A stretch of DNA of 62,488 nucleotides, filler included. It is 4 parts of 4 records of this genome, joined end to end, with 100 filler letters (N's around TTAATTAATTAA, not from the genome) between each part and the next. Parts side by side here need not be neighbours in the genome. Positions count along the whole stretch, not along the records: positions 16,415 to 28,635 come from SRR22947725_512; positions 28,736 to 34,764 come from SRR22947725_513; 2 more parts are not named here. One strand, given 5' to 3'. The first letter of the stretch is position 1. Each line of letters begins with the position of its first letter. Below, one piece after another: positions 18,457 through 28,837 of this stretch. Position numbers and translations under genes: made by a program. Under the pieces are notes generated by a model. That model was not told the DNA's origin. It worked only from the letters and a program-made list of their open reading frames with translations, and did no database searches.

Positions 18457-21400
18457 GTGCCTCTCGGATCATTCATAAGTGGTCCAGTTCTGCCGGAGGA
18501 GGCGCACACTCGGTCGCTGGAGGAACTGGCGGCGGCGGTGCGCAGCTCGGGGGCGAGTCTGCTCGGTACGTGGCCCGATATTCGACACGAGTTCGCCGCG
18601 GGGGAGCGATTCGTCCGTACGAGCGCTTACAATTTCAATACAAGTATGTTTGCACTCGTGTTTTGCAGATCTGCTGCAGCCGTTGGGCGTGTATCTGACG
18701 AATGAAGACGACGTCAAGCGGGGTCGGGCGGTGTCGTTCCTTGCGACCGTCTTGAACGCGTCGCCGGAGCTCATCACGACGCCAGAACACATGCACCATC
18801 TGGCAGAATTCTTTACGAGTCGCCTCGTGGACTGGGTTGCGTTGCGTGGGGCCCTCGAGGGTTGCGCCGCGCTGCTCAGTGTGGGGGTGTCAGAGAGGGC
18901 CCACGGGGACCAGGTCGTCGGGGTGGGGCTCTCGGAGGCAGACGCCGTGGACATGCTTCGGACTATTTCGGATGGGGTGTATGTGCGGTCTCTTGCGGCC
19001 AAGGACCGGTCCCTGGCGTTTGCGATCGTGAGAAAGCTCGTGGAGCGGGCTGGGCTCGCGGCGCTGGATGCCGAGGTGGACCTTGCCGAGATGATGGTGG
19101 TGTCCATGGACGGTGAAAAGGATCCCGGGTGTTTGCTGGACGCATTTCACGCGGCACAGAGCGTGCTGCGGTTGTTTTCGAGTCTGGAAAGCCGAGGGGA
19201 TGGGGGTGCGGAGATGGTGGGAACGAGCGTGCATGTGGACATGATGAGGAACGCGGAGGATGAGATGTTTGATATTCTGGCGTGCTACTTTCCGGTGAGT
19301 TTTGAGCCGCGGGAGGACAGCGCGAGGCGGATCACGCGAGATGATTTGGCACGAGCGCTGGAGGAGACGTTGCTCTTGTGGCCGGGGTTTTATGCGGCGG
19401 TTCTGGATATGGCCGAGGAGAAATTGGGTTCCATCGTGAAACAGGCCAAGATTGATTCACTCCGTCTGATTCGCGGGCTATGCGACGTCCGCGAGGGGCG
19501 CGAGGTGGTTGCAAGGGAGCGGCGGCGGGTATGGGCCATGATGCGACAGGAGGTGATGAAGGAGACGATTGGGTCGGTGGAAGGCGTCGATGGTACGAAT
19601 TTGACATGCGTTGATTGTCTGTCTGCGTGTTTGGGGGTGCCAGGGGTGGAGCGGGAGGTGCTTGGGGATGTGGTGGTGGGGGACTGCATGGCGTGTCTGC
19701 AGTCTCCACCAGGAACAGGAGAGGTGGCCGATGAAGCGTTCCGTCGACAGGCTGATTTGGTCAGGTGTACGGGGGTCATTTTCAGGGCTGTTTCATTGAT
19801 CGGTGGCAAGGTCTGGCAGGAGGCGCTGGTGACGTACGCCGGGGAGATCCTGTCAGTGTGCTCCGAAGGCGACGTGCCGGTGCACGTCTGCTTTTCCCTC
19901 ATCCTGTTACACTCCCTGGTGGCCGGCGTGCGCGTGGTCGAGAATGACTTCATGAGTAATGGTAAGGGGGGCGCCGTCATCCGACGGATACAGGAAATCG
20001 GCGTCTCGTTCGCCGACGACCTGCAGTTTGTCGATCCACGTGACAACGTGGTCGAGACCCTCCCCGGGGCTGACTCGTCGGCAGCAGCCTTTGCGACGCC
20101 TTCGACCGCAGTCATGGCCAAAACCAAGTTGTGCGAGGCCATGGTATGCGGCCCTGCATTCGTGGATGCCTGGAATGAGGACCGGATTCGCTCCCTGGTG
20201 GTTGAGTGCGCGCGGGTTGTCCTGTGCGAGCACACTGCTCTGGCTTCGGGGGCACGGCGTTCGTTGGAGCATATTTGCGTATCGGCAACGGGTTCGAGAT
20301 TTGGTGCGCGGCACGAGGCTATGAACGTCCTTCTAGACCATCTGGGGTCAGCGTCGACCAGTCTGGATGCCTCGCACCGCATCTTCCTGTTCCTCGGTTC
20401 CGCGTGTCGGGCTGATCTTTCTCTCCGCGGCGTGGTGCTGCGCGAAGCATGCTCACGATCACAATCACTGACCATCCTGACACGCGGAATCGTCACCCTG
20501 GAAGGCGAACTGCGCGTCGGTCCGGGGAACATTCCAGCGATTCCGGAGGAGGTGGCGGCGCTGGAGACGATCCTAGACCGGGCGTCCACCGAAGGGCAGT
20601 CATCCGTGGATGACGAGTCCCTTGCCCGTGCTGCATTCTATATATGCAGAAGGATGACGCCGGATGATCAAAGGTGCTTGACTGCCCTAGAAAGCGTACC
20701 TGCAGCACGAATGCACGTCAACGGCGCCCTCCTCGGCTGCATCATCGGTCTGCACCCCGAGGTGGTCCTCGAGCATGCGGACGTGTTTTCCGACCTCGTA
20801 CTGAAGACATCGACGGTATCTTTGCCGTCGATGACGGCGAGTTGGTCGTTGGATGGTACCATGGCACGGCTCGCGTCGTGCGCCATCGCGAGCATCGCAA
20901 ACAAGATTGCTGCGGCCAGCCCCGACACGGTGGTGGACGGCGTCACTTCACTTTCGGCCGCTTCGCGGTGGGAGGTTGTCGAGGAGGTGATGAATGCACT
21001 GGCCAAGCAGGCAGGCCCGGTGCTTGAAGACGTTCTGCGACTGGTCACAGAGGCGAAACAGTACAGCGCACTGCGGTACCTCATTTCCCCGCGCACCTCG
21101 GGCATGTCGTTTGCCCCGTGGATCTCAACCGATTCGCATGCGACAGTGGCATTCTTGTGGCAGCAGAAAGCCTACACGAAAGCCAAACAATGCCTGATGG
21201 AAGGCGCGCCTGGGAGTGACGCCATGATCCACCTCATCTCTGGGCTCCCCCCGTCACTCGTCCGCGCGGACAAGCACTTCGTCTGCGGCGAGGTTTGCAG
21301 CTTTTTGGAATCGAGCGTGGGATCAGAGACGTTCATGGGAGATGCAATCCTAGAGCGTATCCTCAGGCTGTTCACTGACAACGGCCTGATCGCCCTGCCA

Positions 21401-21643
21401 GAGACCTCAGAGCGCCTCGGCCGCATCCTGCCCGCCCTCCTGCAAATCTCCCTGAGCGCACAGCACGCTGGTTCGAGACAGGCCGCTCTGGAATGCCTCG
21501 TCAAAATCGCGGTGGACATTCCCTACCAGAACATCCACCCGTACCGCCGCGCCATTGTCCAGACCGCAACGGCCGCGAGCGATGACAACAAGCGGGCCGT
21601 CCGTGCTGTCGCCGTGCGCTGCCGCGCGCTGTTTGACACTTGA
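18457..21643 (+). CDS. MMS19: MMS19/MET18 cytosolic Fe-S assembly targeting factor (HEAT repeats); intron 18566-18668; true start is further upstream and uncertain
   Basis: LGVYLTNEDDVKRGRAV, FFTSRLVDW, MDGEKDPGCLL, FDILACYFPVSF, KQAKIDSL, WQQK, DDNKRAVRAVAVRCR. The GTACGT..TTTTGCAG intron joins LL-D-LLQPLG in frame. Confidence 0.9.
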
Positions 21644-21685
21644 AAGGAGCCTGCGTTGCTATAACTGGTCTCGAATATTTGTTTG

Positions 21686-21690
21686 TTACA
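21686..21690 (-). promoter_or_regulatory. TGTAA chlorophyte-type polyadenylation signal
   Basis: TGTAA lies 8 nt downstream of the KCR stop in the 54-nt convergent gap. Confidence 0.45.
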
Positions 21691-21697
21691 CCAGTCT

Positions 21698-22672
21698 TCA
21701 TTCCGTCTTCTTGCCATGCTTTTTGTAGTAGCGACGTCTGAAGCTCTTGTGCAACGACGTCACGTACGCGTTCACCGCCCACGCCGGGCAGACTGAATGG
21801 ATAAGTATCAGCATCAGCCCATGACTCCAATAGGGCGTCCTAACCGTCTCGTAGCCAATCTGCTTCACCGCTGCGCGGGCCCACGCTTTTGGCGTCGGCG
21901 CGTCCAGCCTCGGCTTGCGAATCTTGGAGATCTTCGTCGTGACGAAGAACGGACACTGGTCATGCACGCGCACATTGTAGGACTTCAACTCCTCATCCAT
22001 GGACCGCGTGAACTGGTTGATGTAGGCCTTGCTTCCCGCATAGACGCTCAGCAGCGCCACCGACGGAAGGATCCCGTTGGCACTACCAAGGTTCACCACC
22101 ACGCCGCGACGACGCGCCTTCATCCCCGGAAGCACGGCTTTCGTCAGCACCGTCGGCGCATAGCAGTTGATATGGATCAAGTCCCTGTTGAATTCTGCCG
22201 AGGTTGTCTCGAGGTAGTCTGGGTGATCCAGACTCATCCCGGCGTTGTTCACCAGGACACCCACGTCCTTGCCCTCGACCAGCGCCTCAAACTTGGACAG
22301 CTCCTCGTCAGTCACCTTGGTCAGATCCATCGCGTGCGTCGACACCTCCACCTTGCCTCCGACCGAGTCGGATATCTCCTTCTGGACGGCGTCCAGCTTG
22401 GCCTGCGTTCTCGAAACGAGCACGACGTCCAGCCCACGCTTCGCGAGCTCCAACGCATACGCCTTCCCGATGCCGTCCGTGGCACCCGTGACGATCGCCG
22501 TCTTCCCATACTTCCGCAGGTTCTTCCCGGGACGCAGAAAGTAGACAAAGACGAAATTCACGACTGTCAACAGAATCCGCAGTCCGATCAACGCGACGAT
22601 GACGACGCACAGCAGCACCACGTCGTCCGATAGACCGAACGGGGCCCCGTGTTTCTTCGTAGACGCCCGCAT
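21698..22672 (-). CDS. Very-long-chain 3-oxoacyl-CoA reductase (KCR/17beta-HSD12-type SDR)
   Basis: N-terminal TM helix, VTGATDGIGKAYA, LVNNAG, YAGSK catalytic motif, C-terminal KKTE (KKxx ER retrieval). The ORF-track start at 23020 overlaps the upstream gene; ATG 22672 or 22783 is more likely. Confidence 0.9.
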   Translation of the reverse strand: MRASTKKHGAPFGLSDDVVLLCVVIVALIGLRILLTVVNFVFVYFLRPGKNLRKYGKTAIVTGATDGIGKAYALELAKRGLDVVLVSRTQAKLDAVQKEISDSVGGKVEVSTHAMDLTKVTDEELSKFEALVEGKDVGVLVNNAGMSLDHPDYLETTSAEFNRDLIHINCYAPTVLTKAVLPGMKARRRGVVVNLGSANGILPSVALLSVYAGSKAYINQFTRSMDEELKSYNVRVHDQCPFFVTTKISKIRKPRLDAPTPKAWARAAVKQIGYETVRTPYWSHGLMLILIHSVCPAWAVNAYVTSLHKSFRRRYYKKHGKKTE

Positions 22673-22790
22673 CCTTTCGTATGGAACGTTTTTCGACGGA
22701 GGAATGAGGTCGTTGAGGGTCGACCCAAATTGCGCTTGCGAGGCACGACGGTCACTGCATCGAATGCATCCAGTCCGATCCATACCGTCG

Positions 22791-24023
22791 TCACAGGGGA
22801 AGATAGAAACCAGCGTAGCAAGAGATGCCACCGTTGGCGGCACCAGTGTGCCCCGCCGCGGCGTACTCCATCTTGACCTTGACCTTTGCGTCACTGCTGC
22901 CGGGCGATCCCCCGACGCCCAGCTGCACCTTCCCATCGTCGTACCCAACCTCGTACCCAATCGCGCCTTTCGTCTTGAAGTCGATCCGTGGCACCTCCCT
23001 CCCCCAGTCAGATCCATCATACCTGATCGACCTCACGTCAAAAGCCCAAAAGCACGTGCCCATCCCCACCTTGACCTCACCCGTATCCGTCGAGGCCCGC
23101 TTCATCGCGACGTGCACGTCCATTTGGTCGCCCCAGAACCATTGCTTGAAAGCTAGCTCCTTCACCCGATCGCCTGCGACGTCAACGCGCATCGTCGGCA
23201 CGGACAATGCCAGACCACCCCCACGACTGCGGGGAAGCCCAGTGGGATCACCAGAGCCGTCGCGCTCGCCACGTGCGTGTTTCCGCTTGAACAGCTCCAC
23301 CTTGACGTTCCTGTCCTCCGAGTAGACCAGCGACGATACGCTCCCCGAAACAGCCGCGAACCGCTCGTGGGTCGTTTTAAGCGTGGCCCTGCGGAGCCTA
23401 TCACGCCGCGTCTCCACACGACCCACCGTTTTCCCGTGCGAGATCTCTAACGTGGACTCCAACTGCTTCCGTTGAACGTCATAATCGAGCTCGATCCTCG
23501 ACACCGACTCGACAGGCTCAATCTCGGCGTGGAATTCCAGACCTTGGCGGCCATCCTCCGCGTCGTAGCTGCACACCGCGGAGAGCTCGCCATGCTTGGC
23601 CCCGGGCAGGGTGTACACACTTTTCCATTCTAGAGAGCTCGGGTACACCTGAATCCGTGGGTGATTGTCCTGCCGAGCAAAGTCATAGAAGACGCCCCGC
23701 GCAACGCTGGCGTCGACCTCGCAGACGACGGACGAGACGTCGAGGCCATTCGGGGGCGAGCCTGCAGGTCTCGATGAGCAGCACGAGGTTGACTCGCAGG
23801 TCTTGGCGGGGGTCGAGGAGATGCTCAGGGCCGGGAGGGCCGACTGCCCGGCCAAAGACGCCAGGGAGACGGCGTTGGCGTCCACCTGCTGTCGGAGCTT
23901 GAGGTCAAGCTCGTCGAACGCCCTCCGGGCGGGCGTTCCCATCGCGCATTGCACATGCGTTTCTTCGCAATGCGCCGTGACGGGAACCTGGCCAAGGGCC
24001 TCCGAAAAGCCAAAGCCGGGCAT
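22791..24023 (-). CDS. Probable organellar outer-membrane beta-barrel, OEP37-like chloroplast pore
   Basis: Many amphipathic beta strands. Blocks LDYDVQRK, RATLK, SLVYSEDR, LAFKQWF and EVGYDD..KVKVKM parallel plant OEP37 as recalled. Confidence 0.5.
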   Translation of the reverse strand: MPGFGFSEALGQVPVTAHCEETHVQCAMGTPARRAFDELDLKLRQQVDANAVSLASLAGQSALPALSISSTPAKTCESTSCCSSRPAGSPPNGLDVSSVVCEVDASVARGVFYDFARQDNHPRIQVYPSSLEWKSVYTLPGAKHGELSAVCSYDAEDGRQGLEFHAEIEPVESVSRIELDYDVQRKQLESTLEISHGKTVGRVETRRDRLRRATLKTTHERFAAVSGSVSSLVYSEDRNVKVELFKRKHARGERDGSGDPTGLPRSRGGGLALSVPTMRVDVAGDRVKELAFKQWFWGDQMDVHVAMKRASTDTGEVKVGMGTCFWAFDVRSIRYDGSDWGREVPRIDFKTKGAIGYEVGYDDGKVQLGVGGSPGSSDAKVKVKMEYAAAGHTGAANGGISCYAGFYLPL

Positions 24024-24139
24024 GACAGTTGAAAAATCTTTCAAAGAGCGTTTCAAAGAACCGGCCAGAGTCCGACTCTTTTGACGGTCAACGGCCCATG
24101 ACGAGGAGTCTGGTCAAGGGTGCTGTCAAGACTGTCAAA

Positions 24140-25075
24140 ATGCCCCCGAGGAAGCGAGTCAAGGCAGAGGATGACGGGCGGGGAAAGGCCAAGCTTCACA
24201 GAGAGAGCCCTTCCAGCTGGAAGTACAGAGGAGAGAGCAAGCTGCTGACTCGGCAGCTCATCGAGCTCCACGGGAAGCCGGAGCGCACCTCTGATCCCCT
24301 GAACGAGTACAACATCACGCAGGGCCATCACCAGGTTTGCTCTTGACCCGCCCACGTGCCGCCCGTGATGTGTGCCGCCTGACATCCCGCGTCCCGCCCC
24401 TCGATCTCTCAGTCCTCGGTGTTGGATTCGCTCGTCAGGACGATCCTATCGCAGAACACGACGGACAAGACGTCCATCAGGGCGTTTGCGTCGCTGAAGG
24501 AAACGTTCCCGGACTGGGACGCCGTCCGCACCGCAGATGTGGAGGACGTGGCCGAGTCCATTCGCGTTGGCGGCCTCGCGGATTCCAAGGCAGCTTGGAT
24601 CCAGACGATTCTCGACACGCTCCACGCCGAGCACGGCGCCTGCACGCTTGAGTGGCTGAGAACGAAGAGCACGGATGAGATCAAGCGGTACCTGCTCGCG
24701 TTCAAGGGAGTGGGGCCCAAGACCGTTTCCTGCACGCTGCTGTTTGCGCTCGACCGCGCAGACTTTCCCGTTGATACGCACGTGAATCGCATCACCGCTG
24801 ACCTTGGCTGGGTCGCAAAGAACTCGAGTCGCGAGGCGACGTACGAGCATCTCAACGAGGTGCTCGACGACGATATTAAGTATGACCTTCACATTACGCT
24901 CGTTGAGCATGGGAAGACATGCTCGTACTGCTCGACGAGGAGCGGGAGCATTGCGGCCGAGTCCTGCCCGGTACGGGCCCTCAAGGCGGCCCGTCGAAAG
25001 GGAGATGGTGTGACAAAGGTGGAAGTCAAGAGCGAGGAGGAGGCGTGGGTCAAGGAAGAGGAAGAGGAGGCGTGA
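24140..25075 (+). CDS. HhH-GPD (endonuclease III superfamily) DNA glycosylase; intron 24335-24412
   Basis: VLDSLVRTILSQNTTD, IRVGGLADSKA, FKGVGPKTVSC, FPVDTHVNRI, HGKTCSYC..CP. The CAG|GTTTGC..CTGAC..CTCTCAG intron is phase 0. NLS-like PPRKRVK; alternative ATG at 24098. Confidence 0.9.
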
Positions 25076-25099
25076 AGAGGAGGCGTGAAGAGGAGGCGT
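25061..25099 (+). repeat. 13-bp perfect tandem repeat x3 (GAAGAGGAGGCGT) spanning the glycosylase stop
   Basis: Copies start at 25061, 25074 and 25087. Confidence 0.95.
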
Positions 25100-25240
25100 G
25101 GATCGAGGATCCCCCATCGATGGGATCTCCCACGTCGTTGTTGGGTCCAGCGGGTCCACCGTGTCCCATGTTGTCGATAGCAATGGAAAACAGCCCCACG
25201 CAGCGGAACCACATCTACTACATGTATTCGGTTTATATAC

Positions 25241-28200
25241 ATGATGAGTAAATGGACACCCCTTGCGCTCGCGTGCCTGTTGGGCGGGTGGAGCGTGCGC
25301 GCGGTGTCACCGACTCGGGAAATTGAAATCGTGCAAGCGTTGAACGATAGCGTTGAGCTCTGGCTTCCTCTCCACGGGGACGACCCGCTCTCGAACAATA
25401 TATTGTCTGGCGAGAATATTGATGCAAACGTCAGACCGGGAGGAGATCCCAGCTTCGTTGAGGACAGGTGGTTTGGCGCCGTGGTCCAGTGTGGCCCGCT
25501 GTCCTCGCTGGCCATCGAGGGCTTTGGCGAGTCTGCTGCTGGATCGCTCTCTCCGAGTTCGTTCTCGGTATCATTTTGGTTTCGGACGAATACGTCGACG
25601 GGTGGTTCGGGGGTCATGCAGGATCTCGTCTGGGTGCCGATCGACGGTGACACGCACCTCCACGTCTGGCTGGCGGACGGGGACCTCTGGGTCGGGGATG
25701 GGCGCGTGACTGGTTTGGACGTGCCGGATTCTCTCTCAGACGGTAGATGGCATCACGTGACCATCACGTCAGGTGCGTCATCCGTCAGGGACGGGAGCGC
25801 CCCAGAGGTGGTGGACGTCTACCTCGAGGGCGTCCAAGTCTCAAATAACACGGCGCAAGTCTCGGCGAACGTTGAACCCGGGGTTTCGGATCTCTTGGTA
25901 TGTGATTCGGTCGTCGAGAATGGACGGCACGTGTTGGATGGGCACGTCCTCGACCTCGTGGTATTTGATCGAACGCTGTCGCGTGAAGAGGTCGTCCTGA
26001 ACTACAACCTTCGGGACAATCCATTCGTCAGTTCGTCTTCGTACGCCTCGTTTTTGGATGGGGAATCGAACGACTCTCCGGCGGTGTGCAGCGACGAGCC
26101 CATCGCGGGGATCATCACAACCACGGATTGTGGTGAGGGTCACGAGTGCTACAAGCTCCATGCGAGACAGTTCTCGGAGCTGAGGTCGGATGGAAGTCTG
26201 CTGGGGTATGAAGGGAGCATCGGGATGTGTGCGCCCGAATCTCGAATGACCGACATGCTCCCCGGGCCGGGTGTGGTCCCGCCGCCGCTCGCCTTCTTCC
26301 CGCTGAACATGGACCAACTGTGGTCCTGGCCGCTAGGGATATATAAGGGCGATCATCGTGGTGTGTCACTCGTTTCCGATGAGCTTTTTGGACAGGCGCT
26401 GTATTGCAACGGGTCCGAGTATGGATTCGCTGGGCTTGACAGTGTGCCCTATGGTGTTGGTGGTCGGTGGTCAATCAACATATGGTTCAGGCCGGATGAG
26501 GTCTCTGATAAGGAGCATTCATGGCTGTTTTCGCATGGAGACACCGGTACGGACCCGTATGGCGCAAACCAGGTCCAGATGTATCTCACGGAGAGCAAGG
26601 ATGGCGGTTCCCCGTCGGGCTACGGCCATATAACGGCCAGCGTGCACGACGGCAATGACCAGGTCTCTCTGAGGTTGGACGGGGTGGACGCCGTTCCTGT
26701 TTTGAATGGTGATGGTACGGTGGGAGAGTTTCTGCGGGCGAATGCGAGTGATGGTGCCCGGCACGACATCCATGACGGCGAATGGCACATGATGACGTTG
26801 ACGACCAACGTTGACGGACAAAAGGGGTTCGTACTGTACCTGGATGGGGAAGAAGTCAACGCATTGACCCGCGAGGAGGCCCCGAGGAACGTCTTGGGCA
26901 AGGAGTTTGAGGTGCATGGGGGCGACCCTCTCGTGATCACCAACGAGATGTTGCTTTGTGGTCGGGGTTACGACTCTGCGGGAGAGACGTTTCCGTTTCA
27001 CGGCCGGCTCGCATTTTTGTCTCTGTGGGATACGAGGCTGACGCCTGACGAAGTCAGTCGTCTGTACACGGCTGTGACGGCGATGGGTGCCACTGATGTG
27101 GCCAACCCCACGGAGGAGTTCGACCTTGTGTACCGTGAGCACGGCCCGTACGCGGTGCCGTACGTGCGATACACCGATTCCGGACAGAAATGCGAGTTTC
27201 CAGCCATATGGGCCGGTGCGAGTGTGTACGACTGTGTGACGCACGAAGATGGCAAGGAGAAGTGCTTCGTCAATGGGAGTTGGGAGGAATGTGCCGACAA
27301 GTATGGGGATGGCGACGCCATCATCGAGACCGAACGAGCTGATATGATGAATCGCGTCGAGCCTGGCGACGAATGGGACTTGTGTCTGCTCTCTGTCGCT
27401 CCAAACGATGCGGCGACCGGGTCTGCACAAGGGTGCAATGGAGGGTTGATGTGTGTGCCCCTCGAAGAGGGCCAAGCGGCCGTAGCAGACGAAGGCCGGT
27501 GCCAGCCTGCGCCAGGCTCTTTTGGGAGCTTTCACGTGTTCAACTATTTGCACCAGATCGGGATGGACCATCCGCTTACCCTATATCCGCTCCTAGACGA
27601 GTCGCTCGATGCCGTGACGGTGCCCTCTCACGCCGCAATCGCTGAGGACATCATCTGGGAAAGGAGCGCCCCTCTTGGGTCTTCGGCGCCTATGTGCGTA
27701 GCAGACGCCTCGAAGATCACGCTGGATGTCGGAGTCACAAATAATGGCGAGCATACCGATTGCGTCTGGTTTGCGCCGGTCGACACGGCTGAGAAGGACC
27801 CTTGCAGTCTGCCTCCTCGCCAGATTTTGATGAGCCACAAAATGTTGGAGGTCGGTTTGGAACCCGTGACGGGATCTGTTGGCGAGTACGCGCTGTTCCT
27901 CCAGGCAAACGGCAGCAGCAGCACGGCCCAGTCACCGTCGGTGACGACTGGTGGCTCGCCGAACGACGAGCAATGGCACTTCGTATGCCTAACCACGTCT
28001 TCCACCTCCGATGTTTCAAATATAGACATGTATTTGGACGGAAGGCACGTCAAGGCCGTCAGTGGTGAGGGTGGCCTCTACGACGGCATCACCACGTCAT
28101 CCGTGGTCTCACTCTGTCCCTCATTCAACGGGCAGGTGGCGCATTACATTGGGTTTGGGGAAGCACTCACGGCCAATGAGATTCGATCGCTCTACACCAT

Positions 28201-28635
28201 GTTTGACGAGTCGGGCATTGTCCAGGGAATGCTCGGCTTTGACAATGGTGGCTCGGATGGCGGGCTCTCGGGAGCTGAAATCGCCGGCGTCGTCATCGGA
28301 TCGGTCTTGCTGGGTGCCCTTCTATTCGCCGTGGTACTGGCCATTGTCAAGCACCGGAGTCAACTGCAGCAACCGGCCAGCGTCAAGCGAGACAAGGACA
28401 GCAACGTCATTCTGCCCAACGACGACCCGTTGGTTGCGCCAGATGTAGCAGACCAGCCTGGCGATCTCGAACGCGACGGAGAGAAGAGCCTCCGTCAAAA
28501 GTTCTCGGCGCACTACCCGCCCTCTGATCTTCATGGAGGAAGCCTGAGTCGCGAGTTTTCGGCGTACTACCAGCCCTCGGATCTCAGCGGCAATCTCAGC
28601 AGCAATCTCAGCGGCGTCCCCAGCGGCAACCTCAG
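25241..28635 (+). CDS. Type-I membrane protein: 3 LamG/concanavalin-like domains, Cys-rich linkers, FN2-like module, TM, repetitive tail; 3'-truncated
   Basis: Signal peptide; three DGxWH..T..YxDG..G....L...EV patterns; CEFPAIWAG..VYDC..EKC..WEEC; TM IAGVVIGSVLLGALLFAVVLAIV. Confidence 0.8.
28583..28635 (+). repeat. 12-bp degenerate coding tandem repeat (CTCAGCGGCAAT, LSGN) at contig end
   Basis: Four units plus a partial one; likely the cause of the assembly break. Confidence 0.85.
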
Positions 28636-28735
28636 NNNNNNNNNNNNNNNNNNNNNNNNNNNNNNNNNNNNNNNNNNNNTTAATTAATTAANNNNNNNNN
28701 NNNNNNNNNNNNNNNNNNNNNNNNNNNNNNNNNNN
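28636..28735. other. Artificial contig spacer
   Basis: 44 N + TTAATTAATTAA + 44 N. Confidence 0.99.
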
Positions 28736-28837
28736 TAAACACCAAGGTAAAAATTCTGGATATTTACTTACATCTGAAACTAAATTAAATAAATTCTTAG
28801 GAGTATGTTTAATAACTCTACTTTCTTCATACCTCAT
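28736..28837 (-). CDS. ratA: RatA/Coq10 START-domain protein, 5' fragment
   Basis: Manual translation MRYEESRVIKHTPKNLFNLVSDVSKYPEFLPWCL; position after lipA is typical in alphaproteobacteria. Confidence 0.85.

Noticed and set aside
18457-25075. Functional clustering of MMS19 with an Fe-S DNA glycosylase
   Set aside because: Separated by two unrelated genes, the glycosylase lacks the canonical Fe-S motif, and there is no evidence beyond proximity.
18479-28534. Long antisense/overlapping ORFs (e.g. 19390-20589, 21797-22633, 24446-25183, 26519-27571)
   Set aside because: Shadow ORFs expected in GC-rich coding DNA, with no recognisable motifs.
16415-28635. Eukaryote-to-bacterium horizontal transfer
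   Set aside because: Bounded by artificial spacers and contains spliceosomal introns; it is simply a different organism.
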